Positions 1 to 13,562 of a stretch of 64,000 bases of DNA are shown here, piece after piece; position 1 is the stretch's first letter, and each line of letters opens with the position of its first letter. Origin of the DNA: Marsupella aquatica. Its lineage: Eukaryota > Plantae > Marchantiophyta. The position numbers and the translations under genes were made by a program. The stretch is taken from assembly GCA_973895155.1 (NCBI GenBank), contig OZ316897.1, positions 18,386,457-18,450,456 of the forward strand, read 5' to 3'. The notes beneath the pieces were generated by a model. That model saw nothing but the letters and a program-made list of their open reading frames with translations, searched no databases and was not told where the DNA came from.

Positions 1-813
1 TCACAAATTCACTGCCATCACGAGCCATAAGCAAATTCAAGATCAGAGGTGCGCATTGTGCTCCCTCATGTCTGGATTGCCAAACTCGTGGAATTATTCT
101 AGAACTTGAGATGCTGTGCACAGCATTTGGACAAGTGTCTTCTAATGTTGATTACATGGTTACCATACATGGTGTAACATAAGTATGGTGTAGACTTGGT
201 CAAAAGGTTCAAACTCGTATGCAAAGGCATTACGCTTTTAAGGCTAGTGCACATTCAGAAGTTTTTTGAAGGTTTTGGTTCAAAGTTGCACCAAATAACT
301 CTTGAAAGTAAACTTCAATATAAGGATAGGTACAATATCTTTGCCTTGTCTTGATATCTTTCTTTCTTCAACATCTTTTCCTCATCTCAACATCCTTTTT
401 CTCCCTTGACATGGTTTCCTGACCTCAATATCTACTCTGCAAAGTACTGGCATCACTCCAAACCTGGACAGAGTATCCCAGAGACTAAAACCTCAATAAA
501 GGGGGGAAGACCCAAAGACTAAAATCTCAATAAAATAAAGGGTGGAAAAGAGAGAACCCCAACTAGGAGACCAAAGGGGCCCCACATCCAAACCTTTGTT
601 CCCTTCAAGATTTACAGTAATGGGTGCTCTTGACATCAGTAATGAGTATGTTCGTGTAAACAATAACATCATGATGGAAGAATGAAACGGGCGCGCTGTG
701 GGCAAATTCAAACTCCAGCAAAGGAGAAGACGACGACGAAGAAGAAAAGTGCTCTCCTCTCTGTTTTGCTCCCACTGCCCCAGCGAGCTTCCAGTGCACA
801 ACGTGAAGCGATG

Positions 814-1140
814 ACACGATTGTGAGCTTGGAATCGATCGGAGCTTGCTCAAGGAGTGGACGCACGAGTTTTGCAGGTTTCATTCGCATCGAGAGCTCCT
901 TGTCCCAGGTTGCGTACTTCTGGCGAAATCGACAGCTGATGTGGAACCTAATATGTGGAGGCCGTTGCTTCGTGAGCACGATTGGGAACTTGGAATCGAT
1001 CGGAGCTTGCTGAAGGATTGGACGCACGAGTTGCAGGTTTCACTCGCGTCGAGAGCTCCTGTTTCCCAGGGTTGCGTAGTTTTAGCGAAATTCGAGAGCT
1101 GATGCGGAACCTTATGGAGGCCCTTCCTTCGTGAGCAAGA
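814..1140. repeat. Degenerate tandem duplication, ~162-bp unit, 2 copies, upstream of the SNM1-like gene
   Basis: GAATCGATCGGAGCTTGCT occurs at 831 and 993, and the downstream sequence stays similar in both copies. Confidence 0.85.
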
Positions 1141-2127
1141 GCTCCGAGCTTCAGAAATGGAAGTGGAGATTAATTCGTCCTTTCGAAGAGAAACATGTCT
1201 GCCGTCGCGACGAGTCATTGGATTGGGCAGGAAGGACTGCCTTAGTTGATGGCTCTACTGAGTTCCGTGTTGGTTTCTCGGGGGTTTTAATCTGGTGTCC
1301 CTTGTGATAGTTACTGCGGGACAGAAACATGGCTCCCTGACTTCCCCTCGTTGCAGGACATTTCAAGTTCTAGAAGAGCTTGCTGCGGATAGTGTCATGT
1401 TTTGTGGATGCATTGTTTGGGGGGAGGACGACGATCAGAAACCTTCAATGAGTTCTGGATGGTGTTGAACACAGGATGACCACATTAGGGGGCAATTGGA
1501 TGCTATTGAGGTTTCCCAGCGGTGACTACGGCTCTCAGTTCCCATCTCGACTGTACTTCATTTTGAAAATGTACTTGACTTGGGGGAACTCCATGACTAC
1601 TAAAGGACATGAGACATTGTGCGTGAGGCATGGTTCCATAGTGACGAGCACTTTTCGAGATGACCGACAGATTGTTGTAGCTGAAGCTTGAATAAGATCT
1701 AATTTTCTGTTGCTTTTACGTTACGCATTGTAGTGTAGGAGGACGTAGTTCAAAAAACGGTGAATTGCTGCGAGAATCAGGAGCTCTGGATGATGCTAAG
1801 GGGAATTTTTGAATTGCTGCTGTATCGGATGAATGAAGGTGAAGCCTCGGATGGCAGAATCCTCGTGAGGTGTATGACCTCCCACGCTCTTGCTTCAGTT
1901 CCGGAAATGCGTTTGTTGAGGGGCAGCAGTTTTAGACAAGGCATAGCGGAATATTTGGACGGCTAGTGGTCTTCTCGCGGTCGTCCTCTGATTCACCGGT
2001 GCGGCTACTTTTCTTCCTCTGCCCTCTCTGGTTTGTTCGGCAAGCTACACCGTGCTCGCGGGGACGAGTATCATGGCTTCCGCGAAGGAGTTAACTGTGG
2101 GATCGCTATCACAATATTGTTGAGACA

Positions 2128-5100
2128 ATGGACAATAACAGAGACTTGGACTTGGGAGAAGCTGTGGCTCTGGCTGAGAGCAACGACGAGCGCAGTGATG
2201 ACGGTTTCAAGTCATCGTTGTGGAAAGTGGGGTTCAACCAGCAGCTTGCTTTCAATGCCTGTCGAATTCTTAAGCAGCAGCAGCAGCCCAAGAGGAAGCC
2301 AGATAAGAAAGAGGACGTGACGGGCAATTCTCTTGTGGAAGACTTAATAAGTGGGGATGAGGGTCCGCATAGGAAGGTCCGAAAGCAGGCACTCAAAAGG
2401 GAAATCATTCCCAGGCTGAATTCCGGTATCGGCGACAGCGTCAAGCGGACGTCATTACGTTCGATGGCGGAACTTGAGAGCTTCGGGTACACAGGAGAAG
2501 GGCTGGGGGGTGCCCATGCCTTCAGCGAGGCGGTCCCCGACACGGAGCATCAGTTGAAGCCCGTGGAAGCTTCCCCCGTCAAGGCGAATTGCCAGACAGA
2601 CATTTGGAATACCAACCAACTCGGTGCAGACAACGTTCGTGAGAACGATCCTGCTGTTGATCGCGCGGAGTGTTTAGTCATCGACATCGACACGGACGAA
2701 GTAGTGGAGCTCTGTGATGAAACTCAATTCAGCGTTCTGTTGCGCTTATGTGGCGAGGAATGTGAGCAAGACGCGTTGAGAGCTGATGTTACTGACGTGG
2801 ATAGAGTTTCCACAGTTGCTGATGGACTGCTTGTATATTCGTTGTCCACAGTTGATGAACCAACCACCTCCCTGATGAAAAGGGAACGTCTTCTGCGTCG
2901 TGTCTCAGTCGAGGGCCGTGAATCAACCGAAATGGACATTGTTTCAGCAAATTTAGAAGGCTCTACTCCCAAACGGTTATTAGCGGACTCAGCTGCTGCT
3001 CTATCGACTAATATTCATTACGCTGACCTTCCTGTCGTTCAAGAACCTGTCGTTCAAGAAGGAACTGGTGTTGAACAACAAAGCTCGCAGGATCAATTTT
3101 GTGACGACTTCATGAGCTCCATGATGACCCAGAAATGTGTTTCTCAATCAGAAGAGGTAAAAGCTCTTCATAGAGTATCTCCCTCTCCACTAAAGAATAT
3201 TTCCAATCTACCAGCTAGGGTTGATACGAATAAGCAGGGGGTTAAGATGAAGTTCATAATCCAGGCAGCGAACAAAATGTGCTCGGAGGGTACAAACAGT
3301 GAAGATGCTTTGGAAGAAAAAGAAACAGAACAAATACGAATGCCCGTTCTCCAGCTCCTTCAACTGGAGGGTTCGAGTGAAGAATTTTGCCAAAACAAAG
3401 AGAATACACGCAATGCACCTTGTGATACAATTGTAGTCGAACATCTGTCCGTTAGTGGAAATGCAACGAATCACTCCCCCGTCCCCGAAGGTCACAAGAC
3501 TACAGTTGAGGATGTTCTTTCATACAGTGAGGAAGTCAGGGAGACCATACAGTGCCCAGTTTGCGGAGAGAATATAAGCGGAATTACTGTGGAGGAGCGG
3601 TTAGCTCACACTAATTCCTGTTTGGACAAAGTTGACACTGTGCAGGTATATATTCTTGCATGCAAGCCAATAAATGTGCAAAATGCTCGATCTCCATGCT
3701 TTGATGACACCTTTCTCTGATATTTGTCTCGTTAGTCTAAAGTTTTTGTCTTTAAAGACACTGATCATCACATGACTGTCAACATTTGACCATTCTTGGT
3801 TTTCTTGGATTACGTTTCAATCAGGAGGAATTTCCTCAAGTGGAAGGAGATAGCAACGGTCCCTTTCTCGTTCATGCCGCGGATGAGGTCAAAGACTGGT
3901 TAGACAAGCTCAACCTCTCGAGATATCTCAGGTTGTTCGTTGAGCAGGAGATTGACTGGGACACTCTACCGTGGCTTACAGAAGAGGTACAATTTGATTA
4001 CCCGAATTTCCGTTCTTCAGCACCTTGCAGATATTTGTCTTGAGGGGTTACCCTATTGGTCAGAGAACGTAGTTGCAGGTTTTGGCAATAGACATTGTTT
4101 CTTGTCATTTTTGTAGATCGTCATAGTCTATAAGCTGGCAGATGTCTTTACTGTTGTCTGTTCTCTCCAGATTTTTTCTGATTGTGCATTTGTAAGTGTT
4201 GTTCTTGCGTTCTTGCATTCCTACTCAGCAGAAAAAGATCTTTGCTGTGATTAATCGTCAGGACTTGGTAGTGATGGGAATAGCTGCTATCGGACCAAGA
4301 AGAAAAATGTTCCTGGCAATTCAAGAACTGAAGCGTGGAAATAGTGGCGGTGGAACAGAGCCTCAGAATGTCCCAGCCGCTCCGAGTTCAGCATTTGTAA
4401 ATGCAAGTATAATTCAGATTCCACCTCGACCACCTGATGGTGTAAGTAAGATTCCTCAGGCTGATGGAGGAGAGTCCAACAATCTCATTACAAACTACTT
4501 TCCTCTCCCTCCTGAGTCTGGGAGGAAACAGTTGCATGAGACGCCTTCGACAAATATGGTTCAACGCGCAGGGGTCGTTAAAAACAAGACTTGTAATCGA
4601 CCTCGAAGTTCTGCTTACCCGAATAATAGTGGGATTCCTGTTTGGATGTGCATTCCTGGCACACCCTTCAGAGTGGTCAGATTCTGAGAGTCATCTTCTG
4701 ACTTATGTTGTTTACAATTTCTGTATTGCACCCGCTTCGGTTTATTTTAGACCAACTGCGTAATTTCGTTGTAGACAAATGATTGTCAAGTTACCTATTG
4801 ATCTCCTTTTTGCTCTACTTGCTGCAGGATGCATTTCAACATTTGAGTGGAGATTGTTCTTATTGGTTTCTTACTCACTTCCACACTGACCGTAAGACTC
4901 AGGAACTCTGCTTATTATTATACTATTTCATACGTTGTCTTTCTCCCGTGGAACGAATGTTCGCTGACAGGATTGTAGGCTCTGTAAACAAAATACATAA
5001 ACATTATTTGCTGCCCTTGTTCTTGGGCCTCTATAACATCCAATGACCTGTTTACAGATTATCAAGGGCTTACTCGGGGATTTCGATATGGTCATGTATT

Positions 5101-7257
5101 TTGCTCATCGATAACAGCTCGGTTGGTTAATTTAAGGATTGGTGTTTCATGGGAGAAGCTTATGATAATTCCTCTCCACGAGAAAGTGAAGATTGCTGGA
5201 GTGGATGTTACTTTCATTGATGCAAATCACTGCCCGGGCTCGGTCATGATATTGTTTGAACCTCCGAATGGTGAGGTAATCTACACAACCACATATGATG
5301 TTCATCTGCCCTTGACTGTTCCATCCTTCAGGTATTTGTGCCGGTTGGCTGCAGCTAATATTCAATTATTGTGCCTTTGCCTCTGTAGGCTGTTTTACAC
5401 ACGGGCGACTTTCGGTTCTGTACTGAAATGGCTAATAACTCCCTGCTTCAAACAACCAAAATTCACACGCTTGTTTTGGACACGACTTTCTGTGATCCGC
5501 AGGTCTGTTCATCTTTTTTAGATAGTTCGATTCCTTTGGACCTTATGTACCCAGTTGGAACCTCTCGCTCACTTTGAAAGCCCAGTAACCTTGTGTGAAA
5601 ATGTAACCTGTAGTTTTCCTGTTTGATTATACCCAATGAGATGAGCATTTCACCATAATTATCTCTTCTTTATCAAGATTTCATTTGAACCTTACTTGAT
5701 CCTAGGGAAATTGATATCTGACCACAAGCGGATCTGAGCGGTCTGTCGCTTGAAACTGTCCTTGCCTAATATTCCGAACTCATTTCTCCTTTGTGTGGCA
5801 GTACCAATTTCCTACTCAGGACACGGTGATACGCTTTGTAATTGAAGCTATACAGGCGGAAATGTTTAATAAAGACACTCTCTTTCTCATAGGCACATAC
5901 ACTATAGGTAAAGCTTTGTTCTTCAGTGCAAATATGAAATCACTGTTTGTCATAACCTTGAATTGAATTTCTCCCAGTTTTCTTTCCCTACAATAAGATT
6001 AGATGAGGACATCTCACTCTTTCGTATCGCTCTAATTCAGGTAAAGAGCGAATATTTCTGGAAGTGGGAAAGGTTTTGAAGAAGTACGTATACGTTGGGG
6101 CGCCAAAGAAGAAGCTATTGGACTGTATGGATCTATCTGCAGACGACACGAAGTGGCTTACATGTAATGAGCACGAGAGCTTTATTCACGTGGTCCCACT
6201 TTGGAGCATTTCCAGCTTCAAGCGAATGAGTTCCATTGCCAGGCACTATAAGGTTAGATACTCGCATGGACGAAAGGTGACGAGGGTGCAGATGTTTTTC
6301 CACTGTTCTTTTCCACTCAGGTGGCAATTCGATTTGGGTGGTTCCAACAGACACCATTTTAATGCAACAAGCCAGGTTAGACAGCATAGTGAGTTGTGCT
6401 AAGAAAAGGTCAAAACATGAAATAACAATTCCGCATAGAAATGATTGAGAGGGGTTTGATTGGACAAGCTGCTACTTTGGTTTGTGCAGAGTAGATACAA
6501 GTTGATAGTCGCCTTTTCTCCAACTGGGTGGAGCTTTGGAAAAGGCAAGAAAAAGACTCAGGGTAAAAGATTGAAGCAGGGAACGATGATCAGGTAAATC
6601 TTGTGGGCGTCTTCAAATTGTTTTTCCTTGACGGTCAAGGGTCATTTATTGAATAGTCAGACATCCAGTCCGATTTCCTATTTCCGAACCGCAAGGTAAA
6701 ATTTCATATTATTATCAACGACGAAAAATGGACGCTTAGCGATATGGGTCTACAAAATGTGTGAGAATACGCTCTGACAGTAGGATCTAAGTATAGGACT
6801 GCCGGGTCAAACTCTACCAGCGCATGGAAATTGACCTCTACCAATATAGAACAAGACCTCTTCAGACAGTATCTGTCAAATGTGAGTTGTTTTATATACT
6901 CTAGATTTCTCTATCGCTGCTCATTCTCTCTTCCACTTACTGCTCCATAGACTAAATCGCAAGATACAGAACGAGTAGATGAATTCTCAACATCTAGTCT
7001 CATTTATGGCCATCGGCCGATTTTACCTGTCTCTTGGAATATTTCTTTTGATCTTTCGAATAATCCTTCCATTGCTAACGTGAACGTCACCGTGCTTTGT
7101 CAGGTACGAAGTCCCGTACAGCGAGCATTGTAGTTTCCCAGAGTTGAGAGAGTTTTTGAAATTTATTGCTCCAGAAGACATCATTCCGTCCGTCCCGGGC
7201 AAAAACGGTGTTGGGGCGGATGCAATGATTGCAAGCTTATGCGCCGAAGACCAATGA
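2128..7257 (+). CDS. SNM1: SNM1/PSO2 (DCLRE1A-like) DNA crosslink-repair nuclease with UBZ-type zinc finger, SAM domain and metallo-beta-lactamase/beta-CASP domain. About 10 exons: ~2128-3645, 3825-3986, 4262-4675, 4828-4891, 5058-5275, 5389-5502, 5802-5907, 6041-6252, 6490-6592, 7103-7257
   Basis: Zn finger CPVCGENI...AHTNSCLD. SAM domain VKDWLDKLNLSRYLRLFVEQEIDWDTLPWLTEE|DLVVMGIAAIGPRRKM. MBL/beta-CASP motifs IPGTPFRV|DAF, FLTHFHTD|HYQG, DANHCPGS, LHTGDFR, FLIGTYTIG|KE, AFSPTGW and YEVPYSEHCSFPEL. GT-AG junctions keep the frame. Confidence 0.93.
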
Positions 7258-7908
7258 TCTTTCTTACGAATTCTCAGCACGCCATAGCCAGAGAACGTGC
7301 CCTTGTTGGTACCTGCTGACGTTTGAACTCGGAGACACAACCACAGGAACTTCCTACATGTTGATGACTCGTCTGACCTCAGATAAGAATATCTTCTCAC
7401 CTTCTGGAAACCCCTACCCCAGGAAATATTTCTTCAATTGAGAGCTACAGCATCGACAACTCATGAGTCGTGATGGTTCAAGTGAGCAGCATAATAGTTT
7501 ATCCTTTGCAGCAATAGTAAGGGATTCTGTGAAGACTTATTAGGCATCAGTTCAACATTCGAGCAAGGATAAACTTTAATCATTCAGGGAGATTTGAAGC
7601 CATTTTATAGGTGAAAAAAGTAAGTTGTTTTCTGTACATCTCAATAAAGGCCAGCTTCAAAGATGCCGAAATGTCCATCACAGAACCGCTGTCCTTCGAA
7701 CTGCCAAAGGGCATATCCATCAAGGGTACCACACCGTCTGTAGCATGTCAGGGTCCAGCATGTAGACTCCTGATCGAGAGCTCGACAAGTGTACATAGTC
7801 GACACCAATATTGTGCTCACCGATGGGACGACAAGTCACTCAGTAATTCTGAGATGAATATTTCAATTCGTCTCCTCAAACAATTATTTTACGCTTATAC
7901 TCCATCTT

Positions 7909-10900
7909 TCAGTGAGTTACAGAGCGCAATATTCGCTGATTTAATCCCTTCTGAAAGTGGCTGTCACACACACCCAGCCGATCCTGTTTTCATGGCCTGG
8001 TTCTGTGTTGTAGACTACTTTGCGCAGGTGAAAAGTCATTCCAAAAGCTTGAGCCGCCATCCAGTTTAAGGATCTCTTTCAGGGGGGATCGACCTTCCAA
8101 TACCTCTCCCGCGCCTTAAAGATTTGTTCGTTTGACACTGGCCCGTGGGGACAGTCAGGGTTCATCATTTTGTGTACCGTTTCACCATCCAGGGAGGGCA
8201 TTTCAGGGACGGTGAAACAAGTTTTGGATCCAGTTGTCCACCTGTGGCATTGCACCAACCATACTCGCGCCGGCACCCACACCAGCCCAGAGGAGAGTCA
8301 CGGCAAGGGCTACAGGCACGTCATAACCACCGGCCCTCGCATTCAACTTCACTGTACACTTTATGCGTTCCGTCTTTGTGGTCGCAAAGGAGATGGAGCT
8401 TGATGGGTGTCAACTTGCTCAAGCTGAGGCGTGCTTCCAATCTCCTGAGTATCCCCACGTCTCCTATTGACGGATAGAGGAACTTCGGTAATTGATCAAT
8501 ACTGCTTGCGATGGACTTCGACAACGACGGTACCAGGCTCACTTGACCTTTGCTACTAGTCTTTTCATATGAACCCTTCCCCTCCAGGAGGTCTAGAGCC
8601 CGATCAGTATCGCTGACAACTCCTATTCTTTGGTTCCATGTATGTTGGGAGCCGCTGTCCTTGGCTAATCTACGTTTCAGCTCTGCGACCAAAACAGAGT
8701 GCCCTTTTCTATCTATGCACAAGTGAAGGTACTCAACACACACGGGCCCTATCACAGATTCAACAAGCTCCACTCCCTGGCATCCCGGAGGTGGAGCACA
8801 AAATGTGCGGATTGTCTCCACCACATGTTTTTGTACAAATTCAAGAGTCTTTGTGAACGATTCACATGATCTGACTAGTGTATCTATGAAATCATCTGGA
8901 GGATATCGACAACTACAGACGTACAAGAAATATGATTTCTTGACATCAGGTAACATGTAGTCATGAAGCGCATAATATTCTTTATGCCCCGCAAGTCCCA
9001 AATGGACTTTAAATATGGCTGTTTCTCAAGTACTACCTGAAGTCCTCTGGTTCGGGCTGTCAAATCTTTGTGCGCATTGCTCCCAAGCAAGATTCGTTGC
9101 AGACAAGGGTATGATTGCATCAGTCTCTTCCAAAACGAGCAGGTGAGCGTAGCAGGTGCCGTGCTCTATGTGCTTCATGGTTTTGGAAATTTCTGTTTAT
9201 CCTGCCACTTAAAGCAACTGACCTAGCGTTACTATCACAGTCAGCAGACAAGGCTCAATTCTACAAAAGCAACCCAAAACCATGCTGCGTTGGCAAAGCA
9301 AAGATGACTGGAGAGACAAGGAGCACAGTGTAGAAGCAGAGATGACTGGACAGACAAGGAGCACAATGCAGCCACTCGTACTAATGAACTTGTGGTTGGG
9401 TGTTTGAGATATCTTGTCTTCTTAACACTATAAAATGTAATCCCGCAATTTTTTTCTCATGGTCTGTTTATGACAGCCATTCATGCCCGAAACCACCCTA
9501 GGCATTTGATTATGGTGACATTTTTTTCTTATCATGAGATTATGCTAATGCCCATCACTCCCCCCAATGTCCCTCATTTCTTGAAATCCAATTGCTAGGC
9601 TGACTTACCAACTCCCCAAAGTGCCTGACTGCATGGTCATCTCACTCATGCTCAACATTATTCATTATTGATAATAGTGTGCAACATATGAACATTGGGC
9701 TAGTATATCGGGAGTGCCAAAAATAAGAACTATCAAATTTGGAGGCAGGATCACAAAGCCCCACTAAAGGGAAGTGATAAGGGAAACCCCAGGAAAATTA
9801 CAAGTGCCAAATATGCGAGACAGTCCCCAACAACGGCAAAAGATTTAAAACCCTACTGAGCAACAGCCCCAACAATGGCAAAAGAATTGAAACACTAAAC
9901 CCTGGACTAAACCCTACCGAGCAACAAACCCCATCAATTGCAAAAGAACTAAAACACTTAACCCCATTGAGAAACATACCCAAGCAATGGCAAAAAAAAA
10001 CAAAACAAAAAAAAAAACACTAAATCCTGAATAAACCCTACATGACAGCAAACTGAAAATCCTACTGTAGTATAGCTCCTGAGTAATAACAGAGGGTCAC
10101 GGTCACGAAATGGAACTTGTCTTTCATCCAAGTCAATGCATCCAAGCTGGTTCAATACAATCAAAACATTTTCTACACAGGTCTAGAATAATCAGTTACA
10201 TGTACATACTCCCCCGTCCACAAGCTAGTCAATTCCAGGATTGAGAAATTCTAGGATTGAAACTGAAAGTAAGTTTAAGCTCACAATGAAGAACGAAGAA
10301 TAAGCGCCCAACCTGCAAACGCGGATATACGACCAGAAGTAGTTGGTGTTTGAGGTTGACCCCTGAACCGAGATCGATGCTCCTTGTTGATCCTAAGCTC
10401 TTCGTTGATTTGTCCCTGCCTGGATTCCAATCCAGTTTCTTTGAAGGGAGATCGTTTCTAATCCGGTATCGCTGTTTTGGAGCAGATCCAACAGAGACTC
10501 ATAGACGTCTTCTCCAATCAGTCCGTCACATTCCCTCAAGTGAAGGTACTTCAGGGTCTCATTTGCTTTTAGAGCAGGAAAACATTTCTCCTTCCAATCC
10601 GTTTCAATTTATTGCATCATTCCCCACGTCCAGGGATACTGGCTGGAGTAACATCTTCATTTCTTCCCGATAGCTTCAACTCCAACACATGAAGTTTGCA
10701 GTGTACTGTTGCTCACCAAAGGCCGAGGATGTGTGTTTTGGGCCTTCTAGAGAGCTACCAGTGTCATCTAGATACAAAGCTTTGATTGTCGTGTTGTTGA
10801 TCGGAAATTCTACTACACACGAGATTCCTTCATCCAGCAAGGCGTTCCCCTCAATGTTGAGATGTTGACGCGCCTTATGCGCCTGAAGCGAGTATATTAG

Positions 10901-11100
10901 GCATCTCACAGCGTCACCTCCCATGTCCAGTTCTGCCATCAAACAGTTCATAGATTAGGATGGACTACCTCTCCCAGTAGCTCACAGCCTTTCCGAGGGT
11001 TTGCTCTTGGAGTAGCAAGATCCTCCACTGCAAGCTACCATCCGAAGTACTACGCCATTAAAAAGCATTTCTCAACAGTGAGAAAATCTCTGTAAAATTA
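7909..11100 (-). pseudogene. TORNADO1-like LRR-ROC-COR (ROCO) pseudogene with frameshifts, a nonsense mutation and a large internal deletion
   Basis: RI-type LRR remnants at ~10.4-11.0 kb (HLNIEGNALLDEGISCVVEFPINNTTIKALYLDD; ANETLKYLHLREC). The P-loop is split by an intron at 10312-9202 and reads FAG|*T. ROC motifs ARTRG and SIWDL/AGHKEYYALHDYMLP. C-terminal TRN1-type motifs CQGVELVESVIGPVCVE, KLHLLCDHKDGTHKV and HLRKVVY...IGWVCDSHF. The 5' boundary is approximate. Confidence 0.85.
9770..10070. repeat. Low-complexity degenerate repeat (AAACCCTA/CACTAAAC-like motifs, poly-A) inside the intron of the ROCO relic
   Basis: Repeated CCCCAACAA(C/T)GGCAAAA and AAACCCTAC(T/C)GAGCAACA motifs at 9826-9960. 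Confidence 0.55.
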
Positions 11101-12655
11101 TGGCAGGCTGGATCAAACTCTGCATCGCCTTCAAACTGTGAAGAAGTATCGACGACAGTGAAGAAGTATCGAAGAAGGTTGGAGCCGTGGAAAAATAGGA
11201 AAACAGTCATTGGCATGCATTTTGGGCCCCCAGGTCAAAGTCGCTATCCTCGGGTATGCACTTGTGGATGCTCACAATTAACAAAAGAAAAACACAATAA
11301 CCAAGAATTCGTAAATTTCGTTGGGAGCACATGTACTCATCACACTATATTTGAGGGTGCTTTTAATTCTTGGTGCCGCTGAAGTCAAGTCAAAACAGCG
11401 CTAATGCGTTCTAGAGGTCTTTCTCATGAGCTGGTCTGGAGTAACGCCAAAACTTGCCATGCGGAGTTGAAATCGGTGACATCAACTCTAAATAAAGTAA
11501 TGAACCTACGCAGGGAATCAATTCAGTGACTGTGTTTCCTGGAAGCACCTTCGCATTTGAAAATTAAACAAACGAGACGACAGCACAGTATCACCGCCCC
11601 AACTGTGGTATATTATCTCGACTCTGGACCATGTCGACGAACCGGAAGTATACCGACTCAATGTGGATAGCAGTTCCGAAAACAGAATTGGGAGAAGGGA
11701 GAAGGGAGAAGGGAGAAATGAGATCTTCGAGTATACTACCATATACGCCTGTCGCCCCATTGATTAATAATTCCGAATTGATGCACGAACAGAACAAGAC
11801 AGAGAGTTGTCATCGAGCATTCACACACACGAGATGAGTCGACTGACTCGGCAAAATGCGCTGGGGTATCATCAACCACAACGCACCAGGCCTACTCTCA
11901 ATCATTCGGGAAGATTTGGTAAGCAAGCATGCCAAGAGGACTCGCTGATCCTAAAGACTAAGTATGAAAACAGAGCAAACATGTTCATATATGATACCAG
12001 AGGCTAGATCCTTCGATCATATATAATTTGCATTAAAACGCAGAGCGACGAGTGGAATCGCTTCACACGTGCTTCAATTACAAACTGTGCGTCCGCTATA
12101 TTCAATTTAGTGGCACCCGCATAGATGAGGAAGGCACAACTGCGAACAAAACTTGAAAGGAAAGGAGTCGGTAGTATGTACAATGATCGACAAATGTCCC
12201 ACCATTTGTAAGTACTACCGAAAGCTTGTCCCAACGTCTCGAGCTTCCTCTCTTTAGACCATGTGTGGGTTTAATTTACCCCTTGTCAGGCCACACCACC
12301 GCAACTCCTTTACATCACTTCTATCCTAAACTCATAGCAATGATGGTGGATAAGGCCAAGACACTTGGTATGGTGACTTCCATTTCGAGCTCCCTCCCCT
12401 CCTTTGGCCAGCGAGGGACGGTTTCTCAGGCCTTTTGAGTCGAAAGGCCAACGGAGTAGATCGTAGCAGGTTGCTAAATTATGCGTAGGGAAGTTACAAG
12501 CTGTTCCGAACTAAGGCAGGACCGGTACTCGGCTCGTGGATTGGTACAAAAACGGAATTCGCTGCAGCTCTCAACTAATTTGCAAGTAGAAACCAACAAG
12601 CCGGTCCACATGCTCAGCATTGACGAGCACGTAAAATGCGGAGTTGTCGTTGACA

Positions 12656-13069
12656 CTATACAGCGGACTTCTCTCCATCGTTAGTCGACGAGCCTTTGGT
12701 CGACCGGGAGTTTGGAGACGAAGAGCTGCGAAACGTCAATTGCCCATCTTTCATCGACATGCAGATGGAGGCCGGAATGTTACTGACATCTGATAATTCG
12801 GTGGACTCGACCTTGGGGTAGAGCATGTATGGAACTCCGGGCAGGAGGTCTTGGTTAGGGGAGATGACAGTGATGTCGACAGCGCCGCACTTCGCTCTTG
12901 AGCAATGGACGACCAAGTACTCCGGATGCTTCCCCATGACCTTCGAGGCAACGCAAGGCGAAGAGACTTCCTCAAAGTCCCCGGACAGCTTCTGGATGCG
13001 GACTGTATCGGAGTCTGTGGTCACACAGGCCGGCCTCACACAAGACAGAACGGACGCTTTTTGCCCCAT
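12656..13069 (-). CDS. PADRE / DUF4228 family protein, 137 aa, single exon
   Basis: N-terminus MGQKASVLSC. Family-type core VRIQKLSGDFEEVSSPCVASKVMGKHPEYLVVHCS...ISPNQDLLPGVPYMLYP, followed by a Ser-rich tail. Confidence 0.78.
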   Translation of the reverse strand: MGQKASVLSCVRPACVTTDSDTVRIQKLSGDFEEVSSPCVASKVMGKHPEYLVVHCSRAKCGAVDITVISPNQDLLPGVPYMLYPKVESTELSDVSNIPASICMSMKDGQLTFRSSSSPNSRSTKGSSTNDGEKSAV

Positions 13070-13237
13070 GATGTTAATCCTTCGTTCTCGATCAATCTGC
13101 TCGAGGATTCGCTCTAATGAAATCCTTCACTCCTCTCCCTCTGTCCCTGAACCAAATACAAAAAGTATTACAGCCGGAAGCTCAAGATGTTTGCTTAAAC
13201 CACAACTTCTGAACCGGATCGTGAACTTATCCTCCAA

Positions 13238-13562
13238 CCTTCCGCAGCTTCAGAAGCACGGATTCTGCAGTGTGATGAAGAACAGCTTTGTGTGTGAATG
13301 TGCGTTCCCAAAATGTGTTCCGCACGAGGAGGACAGACGCTACTGCCCCTCCACAATCCAACCGCTTTTCTCTCAAACTACTATATAATGCTGCTCCTTC
13401 CTTCCGCAGCTTCAGAAGCACGGATTCTGCAGTGTGATGAAGAACAGCCTTGTGTGTGAATGCGCGGTCCCAAAATGGGTTCCGCACGAGGAGGACAGAC
13501 GCTACTGCCCCTCCACAATCCAACGGCTTTTCTCTCAAACTACTATAGAATGCTGCTCCTTC
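13238..13562. repeat. Near-perfect tandem duplication, 162-bp unit x2, upstream of the PADRE gene
   Basis: CCTTCCGCAGCTTCAGAAGCACGG at 13238 and 13400, with few mismatches along the unit. Confidence 0.95.

Noticed and set aside
8321-9001. 226-aa ORF as a standalone gene
   Set aside because: It is an internal piece of the frameshifted TRN1-like relic and begins at a non-ATG codon.
12825-13388. 187-aa plus-strand ORF
   Set aside because: It is antisense to the PADRE gene, runs into the tandem duplication and has no recognisable domain.
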